A stretch of DNA of 26,676 nt. Source: Bdellovibrionia bacterium. Its GTDB lineage: Bacteria > Bdellovibrionota > UBA1018. The translations under genes were made by a program, and so were the position numbers. Location of the stretch: NCBI GenBank assembly GCA_039916675.1, contig JBDSKY010000203.1, positions 1 to 26,676 on the forward strand. The letters are read 5' to 3'. The notes under the pieces were generated by a model. It did not search any database. It saw only the letters and a list, made by a program, of their open reading frames with translations, and was not told where the DNA came from. Of the stretch, positions 16,555 through 24,048 are shown piece by piece. How positions within the stretch are numbered: the first letter of the stretch is position 1; the number at the start of each line of letters is the position of its first letter.

Positions 16555-17649
16555 ATGGCAACTTTCACAGAAGCGCAGCGAGCATTAGGCGAACTTTTTA
16601 TTATTGGTTTCAGTGGGTTAGAGTTAGCGGAGGAGACCTCCGCCTTCATTTCTCAAGCCGGCATTGGTGGTGTAATTTTATTTTCGCTCAATGCAGATAC
16701 TCCCGCTCAGATCGCTGAACTCACCAACGAAATCAAGGCATGCCGAAATGATACTCCTATGCTGATCAGCGTTGATCACGAAGGCGGGAGAGTCCAGCGA
16801 TTCAAAAAAGGATTTACCAAAATACCTGAAGCTGCCGCAATTGCAGCCATGAACTCACCTAAATTAGCTTTCGAAATTTCTGAAATCGTCGCAAAAGAAT
16901 TGAAAGCCGTCGGCATTAATTTAAATTTTTGTCCGGTCGCAGACATCGCCACCAATCCTAAAAATCCGGTAATTGGAAATCGCTCCTATGGAATTACAGA
17001 AGAAGCTGTATCTAAATATGTAACAGCGGTCATTCGGGGTCACTTGGTTCACGGTGTTCAAGTTTGTGTAAAACATTTTCCTGGCCATGGAGATACTTCG
17101 GTAGACTCCCATTTAGCGTTGCCTAGTGTAGACACCCCACTAGAAGTTTTGCGAGAACGTGAGTTTAAGCCGTTTCAAAAAGCCTTTAAAGCACGCTGCG
17201 GCATGGTCATGACAGCTCATATCCTCAATACAAAGATTGATTCTCAGTTTCCTGCCACATTATCTAAAATTTTCCTTCAGGACATTTTACGTAAAGAGCT
17301 TCGGTATGAAAAATTGATTGTAAGTGATGACCTGGACATGAAAGCCATTGCAGACAACTACGGCGCTGAAGAGGCACCCCGTTTAGCTCTGGAAGCGGGC
17401 TGCGATATGCTAATCTACAGAACCGAAGCTACTGCTCGTCATGGTTATGAATCGTTAATCAAGGCACTCGAGAACCAAACTCTCAGTGCAGAAACTGTCC
17501 TAAGATCAGTGGAACGAGTCATGGCCTTTAAGAGGGAGCATCTGGCAATGTGCCCACCAGTGTCCATACCGTCTGTCTCCGCACAACTTGCTACAACTGA
17601 GCATTTAGCCATCATCGAGAGAGTTGCTGAGAGATCCAAAAGGGGTTAG
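16555..17649 (+). CDS. nagZ: Beta-N-acetylhexosaminidase NagZ (GH3), cytoplasmic
   Basis: VDHEGGRVQRF, KHFPGHGDTSVDSH catalytic loop, IVSDDLDMKAI nucleophile region. No signal peptide. Confidence 0.92.
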   Translation: MATFTEAQRALGELFIIGFSGLELAEETSAFISQAGIGGVILFSLNADTPAQIAELTNEIKACRNDTPMLISVDHEGGRVQRFKKGFTKIPEAAAIAAMNSPKLAFEISEIVAKELKAVGINLNFCPVADIATNPKNPVIGNRSYGITEEAVSKYVTAVIRGHLVHGVQVCVKHFPGHGDTSVDSHLALPSVDTPLEVLREREFKPFQKAFKARCGMVMTAHILNTKIDSQFPATLSKIFLQDILRKELRYEKLIVSDDLDMKAIADNYGAEEAPRLALEAGCDMLIYRTEATARHGYESLIKALENQTLSAETVLRSVERVMAFKREHLAMCPPVSIPSVSAQLATTEHLAIIERVAERSKRG

Positions 17650-17667
17650 CGAAACTAAGCTTCAGAA

Positions 17668-18642
17668 TCACTCTATGAGCTTAATATCAGTCAAACGATC
17701 TTTTCGAAGCTGAAGTTTAATTTCTTTAGCTCGAGATGTATTGAGTATCTTATTAATTGAAACGACTTCTTCGACGCCAAAGACCGTGGGAGCCCGATGA
17801 TCTTTCAAGATAGACTCGACTTGTTGAATTGCCTGATGGGCCAGATCAGGCAGATTGGGCGTAATCGCGAAGACTCCAAACTTCATGTCCGTTGAAATTA
17901 GGTTTTCCGTACCTGTAATCACCGACAAACGAGATTCCTGCATTGCAGGCATCCAGACCTGATTGAAGCTAATCTGATTAATAAGAGCTGAATCCAAAAG
18001 TACCCACAAGGCACCCGTTTTATCACTATTATAGTTTTTCAAATTCTCTTTTAAAACTTCATTAATAGCTGCTTTGGAATTTCCCTTGGTTTCTACATCA
18101 ACAGCAATCAGCTCAATGCCTTCCCCTTTTAACTGACCTTGAACTTCACGAATCATGTTCTGGAAAAGACTCTTTCGATAAAAAACTACAACGTTCTTCA
18201 AAGTTTTTTCTAACAAGTATCTAAACTGAGTCACCAAAAGATAAGCAGACGGCTCAAAAGCAATTCCAGAAATTTCCTTAGAATCCTTAAGTAACTGCTT
18301 CAAGTTAAGACTCATGAGTGCAACGCCCTTAACTCTCTTTGCAGGATTGGGAAGAGCCGCGTTATATTTTAAGGCATACTCAACGGGCTTATTATCCATG
18401 AGGATAAGTAGCTGCGGCTCCTGTTTGGTCACAAGCGCCTTAAATTCATCAAAGGTCGAACTTTTCTCTAAAACTTGCTCTTTGATTTCATAACTTGTGG
18501 CGAGCTCTTCATTCATTGCTCGAAAGACTTCTTGAAATTGAACGCCTTCGCTTCGAACAAAGAGAATTTTTGGCTTAGCGCAGAAACCCAGATTTGTAAA
18601 AACTAGCTGAATCAAAACTAAAAATATTAACTTATTTTTCAT
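17668..18642 (-). CDS. Secreted periplasmic binding protein-like (ABC substrate-binding, type I-like)
   Basis: Signal peptide; alternating beta/alpha pattern (LLILMDN, VVVFY, ALWVLLDSALIN, GVFAITPN..LAHQA..V..IL). No permease or ATPase gene adjacent. Confidence 0.6.
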   Translation of the reverse strand: MKNKLIFLVLIQLVFTNLGFCAKPKILFVRSEGVQFQEVFRAMNEELATSYEIKEQVLEKSSTFDEFKALVTKQEPQLLILMDNKPVEYALKYNAALPNPAKRVKGVALMSLNLKQLLKDSKEISGIAFEPSAYLLVTQFRYLLEKTLKNVVVFYRKSLFQNMIREVQGQLKGEGIELIAVDVETKGNSKAAINEVLKENLKNYNSDKTGALWVLLDSALINQISFNQVWMPAMQESRLSVITGTENLISTDMKFGVFAITPNLPDLAHQAIQQVESILKDHRAPTVFGVEEVVSINKILNTSRAKEIKLQLRKDRLTDIKLIE

Positions 18643-19394
18643 TGGGTACAGCCCTCACAGGGCTCAAGCGATGTAAATCCAAGCGCAGCAGAGGTCACTG
18701 GAGTCAACTGAGATAGCTTCGCTACCAAGTCCTTTGTGCTTGCATCTTTCCGAACGAAAACGCCTGGAGCGTCCACAAATTCAGTCTCTTGAAGTAATTT
18801 TAACGGAGTTGTAAATTTTTCTTTTAGAATTTTCAAATTATCCGAGGAAACCATAATAAAATCCGCGGATTTAAAAATGAGAAGTGGAAATAAATCTTCC
18901 GGTTTCGTGACACCGCGGACCATTTGAAATTTTTTTCCAGTAATATCTAATAAAAAGTCGTTCAATTTTTCGCGAGGCACTTCTTCGACTACTCCGATCC
19001 TACCTGAACTTAAATCCTTATTTTTCCATTCATCTGAGAGAGCCAAAATCAAATACTTGAAGTTCTTATTGCCCGCATTGGAAAACCGGAGAACCGGACA
19101 ATAACCCGAATCGTATTTTCCAAAAAAGGAAGGTGCGATCACAATTTTGGATTTTTCTGAATTTACTTGCGCCATAAACTCTTTAAATTTTCCAAACACC
19201 ACAGGTTCTAAATCCAGCTTTTTCATCTCACTCTTAAAGGCATCTTGCCTTGTCTTGACTGTCTGCATTGTAGAGTAGTAGATCGGCAGACCTTCTGATG
19301 CGTAAACAGGAGTACAAAAAAAAGTAAAAATTACTAGACTTAAAACCTGTGAAACTCCTAGCAGCGTAGTTTGTAATTTACTTTTAAAAATCAT
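18639..19394 (-). CDS. Secreted periplasmic binding protein-like (PhnD/phosphonate-binding type II-like)
   Basis: Signal peptide (..PVYA); YLILAL..L...RIGVV and V.K..DL..LL.F..AD.I.V patterns resemble PBP2 family members. 4-nt overlap with the downstream gene. Confidence 0.5.
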   Translation of the reverse strand: MIFKSKLQTTLLGVSQVLSLVIFTFFCTPVYASEGLPIYYSTMQTVKTRQDAFKSEMKKLDLEPVVFGKFKEFMAQVNSEKSKIVIAPSFFGKYDSGYCPVLRFSNAGNKNFKYLILALSDEWKNKDLSSGRIGVVEEVPREKLNDFLLDITGKKFQMVRGVTKPEDLFPLLIFKSADFIMVSSDNLKILKEKFTTPLKLLQETEFVDAPGVFVRKDASTKDLVAKLSQLTPVTSAALGFTSLEPCEGCTQ

Positions 19395-19800
19395 TTTATG
19401 TGAAGCCTATTCAATTAAAATTACTACTATTTTGAAATGCTTTGCAAGCAAACTATAAACTATCTTATTCAATTCTCATGATGGCTCCGTAAGCAAATAC
19501 GTCAAGTAATAATCATCCACCATAAAGTATTAATTGGCTCATATTCTATTTTTTCGCAGCAGGGACTATTAAACAAAAGACACTGTCTTGTAATTGAATT
19601 GATGATTTTAACTAAACTGCTATTTGCATAAAAACGAGAACCTAGATACTTTATCTATCTGCCAAATTTTTCTGAGACTGCAAAGTTATCTAGAGAATGA
19701 GGGGCATGTATTTTTATGTTGTCGATATAGTAAGACAGTAATAATTTTAAAACAAAGTAATTTAAACTTGAATTCGAGAGAGGAATTTAGGTAGCAAAAT

Positions 19801-21987
19801 ATGAACATTACATTTAAAAAACAATCGATCGCCAGTTTATTGGCGCTCCTTTCCACATCCGGGGCATTCGCTCAGGAAGTTTCTAGCCCCATAAACTCTA
19901 GTTCCGAAGATGAACTTTCTTTGAAAGAAATCTTGGACGTTAAGGTCTCCGTCGCGTCACTCTTCGAAGAAAGAGATCTCGACGTTGGAGCTTCAGTCTT
20001 CGCGATTGATCACGATACCTGGAAGAAACAGGGAGCCCGCCGTACTTTTGAAGCAATTCGTACTGCACCAGGCACCATGGTTTATGAAAATAATATCTTC
20101 CAAGCCGGACCTACTGTTGCTACTCGCGGTTTCAATGATCCAGGCCAAATCCCTTCGATCAGCGTTCTCTTGGATGGCGTCAATATGTCCTCAATCTATC
20201 AACAATCTGCTATCCAAGCACGACCCAATATTGACCTGGGAGTCTTAGACCGGATCGAAATGATCATTGGTCCTGGTTCAACCTTGTATGGCAGCGACGC
20301 GCTTCAAGGTGTTATTTCTCTCAGAACTCCAGGCGTTGAGAAGGAAAATCTCTCTGCTTCTGTTAGAGGGGGATACTTTGGAAATTATCAATCTGAAGTA
20401 AAGTTTGCTAAGGAACTGGCTCCTAAACTCCATTTTAGTTTCAATGGGGCACTTAGTGGGCAAGACAGTCAAAACACTGGGGCTAAATATACGCCTATGG
20501 ATATACAACCAGGTGTACAAGCTGGAATGGAAGCGGGAGGAGCTCCACCATATCCCTATTTCGTTCTGGGCCAATCTGGCAGCGCCAGCAGTACACTCAC
20601 TGAGAACTTTGTTTCGAGCGCTATCGTATCCAAGCTTAAATATGAGCAAACTGAAGCTAGTTTTTATTGGACGCTTTATAACGCGAAGGGTTTCCCAGGT
20701 CCCGGAATTTCGGCTAGACAAACAGGGGTACAGACATACACGCCAAACACTGCTATCGGGGATACGGCTCGTCTAGATAGCAGTTTATTTATGGGTAAAT
20801 TGACCCAGGATTTCAACCTTCCCAATTCTGTTGATCTCCAAGCGATGGGCTATTATTGGGGTGGAAATAATTCCGCAGCTTATGGCGCGAGTGCGGGCGA
20901 TGTCGTATTGACTAATGCTACCGCTCAAACGATAGGTGATATGCGAACGGGTATCAGCTTAATTGCAAAAAGACAGTCTGACGCAAACTTCCCAGTAAGA
21001 ATCGCAGCCGGGTACTCTCTTGATTATACAAAAATCAACAGTGCAGTTGAGACGTTGCCCGGTTTAGCAGCTCGCTCTTTTGCAATCGAGGGAAAAGGCC
21101 GATCCATCAACGCAATATTTGTGGAAACAGATACTGCAATCATAGGAAGGACTCTCCATCTTTTGGCTGATGCTCGAGAAGACGTTTATTCCGATTTTGG
21201 GGGTCATCTCAGCCCCAGACTTGGCTTAATGCTTCAGCCGACCGATAATTCAGCGGTCAAAGCGCTCTACGGACACGCATTCCGAGCTCCTTCGGCTCTG
21301 GAATTACTGGGTAATGGGGGAATAGCAGGGAACGGAAATTTATCCCCAGATACTTTGGATACATTTCAACTCCAATACATGCAAAGAGCCAAGCATTGGA
21401 AATATGACATAACAGCTTATACCAGCACCTGGACTAATCAGGTTACAATTGATCCATTAACTATCACCTATAAAAACGCTACAGGCACTCCTCGTGCCTA
21501 CGGCTTAGAACTAGGCGGCCAATATGACCTGCTTGCCAACCTCCGATTAAATGGAACGGGAAGCTACGTTCGAAGCTTTGGAAATCCTGCCGAAGGTGGG
21601 GGTACTGCGCCTTACACGGTTTTCCCAACTTATATTCTCAACTGGGGATTGGATTACGAAATACCTTCTGCCCGAGTGAGTATCTCCTTGATGAATCGCC
21701 ATCAAATCAATCAGGGTCGATATATACAAGCCGCTATACCTGCACCAGGTTTGGGTAGTGTAACCACACCGGGAAGGATTACTCCAGCAACGATGGCAGA
21801 CTTCTTCCGCACAGACTTGGGAGCAACCTGGGATTTCGGCAAGAACGCGGGTGATTATCAGTTAACCTTGAATATCATCAACCTTCTCAACCGCGACCTC
21901 TACCAACCCGCCATCATTTCCAACTTTAATGGACAAATTCCACAAACTGGAATCAATGACACTATCGGATTGCGTGCTCGCATCTAA
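19801..21987 (+). CDS. TonB-dependent outer-membrane receptor
   Basis: Signal peptide (..GAFA); plug motifs VLLDGV and LDRIEMIIGPGSTLYGSDALQGVI; barrel motifs SPRLGLML..KALYGHAFRAPSALEL, LNIINLLNRDLY. Confidence 0.92.
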   Translation: MNITFKKQSIASLLALLSTSGAFAQEVSSPINSSSEDELSLKEILDVKVSVASLFEERDLDVGASVFAIDHDTWKKQGARRTFEAIRTAPGTMVYENNIFQAGPTVATRGFNDPGQIPSISVLLDGVNMSSIYQQSAIQARPNIDLGVLDRIEMIIGPGSTLYGSDALQGVISLRTPGVEKENLSASVRGGYFGNYQSEVKFAKELAPKLHFSFNGALSGQDSQNTGAKYTPMDIQPGVQAGMEAGGAPPYPYFVLGQSGSASSTLTENFVSSAIVSKLKYEQTEASFYWTLYNAKGFPGPGISARQTGVQTYTPNTAIGDTARLDSSLFMGKLTQDFNLPNSVDLQAMGYYWGGNNSAAYGASAGDVVLTNATAQTIGDMRTGISLIAKRQSDANFPVRIAAGYSLDYTKINSAVETLPGLAARSFAIEGKGRSINAIFVETDTAIIGRTLHLLADAREDVYSDFGGHLSPRLGLMLQPTDNSAVKALYGHAFRAPSALELLGNGGIAGNGNLSPDTLDTFQLQYMQRAKHWKYDITAYTSTWTNQVTIDPLTITYKNATGTPRAYGLELGGQYDLLANLRLNGTGSYVRSFGNPAEGGGTAPYTVFPTYILNWGLDYEIPSARVSISLMNRHQINQGRYIQAAIPAPGLGSVTTPGRITPATMADFFRTDLGATWDFGKNAGDYQLTLNIINLLNRDLYQPAIISNFNGQIPQTGINDTIGLRARI

Positions 21988-22011
21988 GAAGTTGAGTTAG
22001 TTCAATCAATA

Positions 22012-22054
22012 GGGGAGTCTCCTGACTTTTTCGTTCAAAGTCTGGAGACTCCCC
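22012..22054. terminator. Long hairpin downstream of the TBDR gene (terminator, processing or REP-like element)
   Basis: GGGGAGTCTCC-T-GACTTT / AAAGTC-T-GGAGACTCCCC: 17 paired bases with one T-T mismatch and a 7-nt loop. No clear U-tract. Confidence 0.5.
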
Positions 22055-22155
22055 AAGATCTGTTTCAACACCCCTCCTCTCAAATGAACCCTTAAAAGTT
22101 ATTCTTATAGACTATAGAATCAAACTTGCTAAAATCTAATTAAGGGATCAGAAAA

Positions 22156-22743
22156 ATGAAGCCTCAAGGAAAAGTATCTCCCACTATAGTGAAGAAAATT
22201 ACCAGTTTAATAAAACTGGCGTCACTATCCCAACTAAAGAGTTTTACACAAATCGAAGATTTACAAATTGAAGAACCAACCAATAACGAATTTCCTATTC
22301 GTGGCCACTGGATGGCTGTCATCTTACTCAAAGGCACAGAAATTAAAATAATTTTTAAAGCCCATTTTATGACTAAAAATGCGACTGCCTTGACAAGCAA
22401 TATCCGCAAATTCGAATCAGAAGAAAAATTAGTAACCCAGGCATTAGATTTTATTAAGGAATACTGCAACATGACTGTTGGTGCGATAAAAAGGGTCCTT
22501 GGAGAACAAGATATCTCTTCTGGAGTCAGCCTGCCTGCAATCATCCGAGGTTTTGACGACATTTTTTCTGATCGTGCCGATGGTAAGGAAAGCTTTGCGC
22601 CTTGCTGGACGCTAAAGAATCAAACAACCCAGATCGATTGCTCCGCATGGTTCGAAATTTATGAAGTCGACAGCTTTGCCGGTTTTAATTTCAAGGAAGC
22701 GGAGAATAATATTCAAGGAAACAATAACATAGAGTTTTTCTAA
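22156..22743 (+). CDS. CheX/CheC-family aspartyl-phosphate phosphatase-like protein
   Basis: LDFIKEYCNMTVGAIKRVL..SLPAIIRG matches the CheX D-x-x-x-E-x-x-N..G..SLP pattern (E102, N105). Confidence 0.65.
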   Translation: MKPQGKVSPTIVKKITSLIKLASLSQLKSFTQIEDLQIEEPTNNEFPIRGHWMAVILLKGTEIKIIFKAHFMTKNATALTSNIRKFESEEKLVTQALDFIKEYCNMTVGAIKRVLGEQDISSGVSLPAIIRGFDDIFSDRADGKESFAPCWTLKNQTTQIDCSAWFEIYEVDSFAGFNFKEAENNIQGNNNIEFF

Positions 22744-22753
22744 TGCAAAAATT

Positions 22754-23935
22754 ATGATCTCAATTAATACAAATCTGCAAGCCAATCATCAAATTCTCAA
22801 CTTATTCGAGCAATCCAAGCTTCGTATTGAAAGCATTATTGATCATCTTCCCATGTTCTTTGCTGTCATCAATGACAAGGGGATCATCTTAAAAGGAAAC
22901 ATTCAGGCCGCCGAAATATTTCAAACAGATTCGGAAGCAATTTTAGGGAAATCGCTCAAAAGCATTTTTTTGCCTGAAGCATTGGAATCATTTGAATTCA
23001 ATTTTAACCGCATTTTGGCCAAGAGCGAAACTTCTTTCGAGCTTGAAATCAACTTACAGCGAAGCGACAAGTCTCAGAGAGTACATGCTTGGAGAATTAG
23101 TGAGATCGAAAATTCAACGATTTCCAGTGGTAGAATTTTTTCTATCGTTGGCAATGATGTTACTGATTTTAAAAAAGCTCTGTCAGATCTGTACGGCGCC
23201 ACTAAAGATCTTGAAGTTACAAGAGCAGTACAGTCCCTTTTAATACCTAACAAAAGGGAACTGACTACTCAGAGCTATCGTTTAGTTTCTAGTTATCAAC
23301 CCGCAACTCAATCTGGCGGAGATTGGCTGTGGTATAACACGAAGGACGAAAACCGAAATGTTCTCTTCATAGGAGATGTTACCGGTCACGGCGCTGGTCC
23401 AGCTATGGTTACGGCCATTGTCGCGGGCTGCTATCATGCGATTAGCAGGCTACCTAACTCAAAGTTTACTTTGGGAGTCCGTGAAACATTCGAAATTATT
23501 GATAACAGCCTAAAAGATCTCGGAAATAATGATTACTGGATGACAATGTCATCTTTAGAAATCTTTCACGATAAGAAGGAAGTCAGTTGGTCGAACGCTG
23601 GCGCTCCATCCATACTTGTAATGAGAACAAATGGCGAAGTGGAAACCATTGGCGCTTCGGGCAATATATTGGGAGGGATGGACCTGGCCCTAGGGCACAA
23701 ATCCTTCGACTTTAACTCCGGAGACAGAATATTTCTGTTTACAGATGGTGCATTCGAAATCACCACGTCAACAGGGGGAAACTTTGGCTTAAAGGGGCTG
23801 AGACGTCTGTTCATGGAGACACGAAATTTATCACTAGAAGAATCACGCAAATTTTTTGAGCGTCGTTTTGTGGAGATACGTGGAGAGGCACCCCCTACAG
23901 ATGACAGTACCTTCATCCTTATTGAAAGAATTTAA
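22754..23935 (+). CDS. PAS domain + SpoIIE (RsbU/RsbP-type PP2C) Ser/Thr phosphatase
   Basis: PAS (FAVINDKGIILKGN..AAEIF); SpoIIE motifs SGGDWL, IGDVTGHGAGPAM, NAGAP, FLFTDGAFE and TDDSTF are all present. Confidence 0.9.
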   Translation: MISINTNLQANHQILNLFEQSKLRIESIIDHLPMFFAVINDKGIILKGNIQAAEIFQTDSEAILGKSLKSIFLPEALESFEFNFNRILAKSETSFELEINLQRSDKSQRVHAWRISEIENSTISSGRIFSIVGNDVTDFKKALSDLYGATKDLEVTRAVQSLLIPNKRELTTQSYRLVSSYQPATQSGGDWLWYNTKDENRNVLFIGDVTGHGAGPAMVTAIVAGCYHAISRLPNSKFTLGVRETFEIIDNSLKDLGNNDYWMTMSSLEIFHDKKEVSWSNAGAPSILVMRTNGEVETIGASGNILGGMDLALGHKSFDFNSGDRIFLFTDGAFEITTSTGGNFGLKGLRRLFMETRNLSLEESRKFFERRFVEIRGEAPPTDDSTFILIERI

Positions 23936-23972
23936 TCTTTCCGCTCAATTAGCGGCGGGCCCAATCCATAAC

Positions 23973-24000
23973 TAAAGAATTTCTTTGAGTAAACCGATAA
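23973..24000 (+). promoter_or_regulatory. sigma28 (FliA)-like promoter of the Hpt sensor gene
   Basis: TAAAG-N15-ACCGATAA, 48 nt upstream of ATG 24049. Confidence 0.7.
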
Positions 24001-24048
24001 AGCCTTTATGGCGACGTTCGGAAACTACCCAATGAAAGCACAGAGATA

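Noticed and set aside
19560-19600. GGGAC..ACTGT segment as a cobalamin riboswitch before the TBDR
   Set aside because: The conserved core helices and B12 box cannot be built, and the region is too AT-rich.
19701-19728. GTCGATAT as a sigma28 -10 for the TBDR
   Set aside because: No matching -35 at the 15-nt spacing (GGGGC).
23941-23955. CCGCT-CAATT-AGCGG hairpin after the SpoIIE gene as a terminator
   Set aside because: Only a 5-bp stem and no U-tract on the plus strand.
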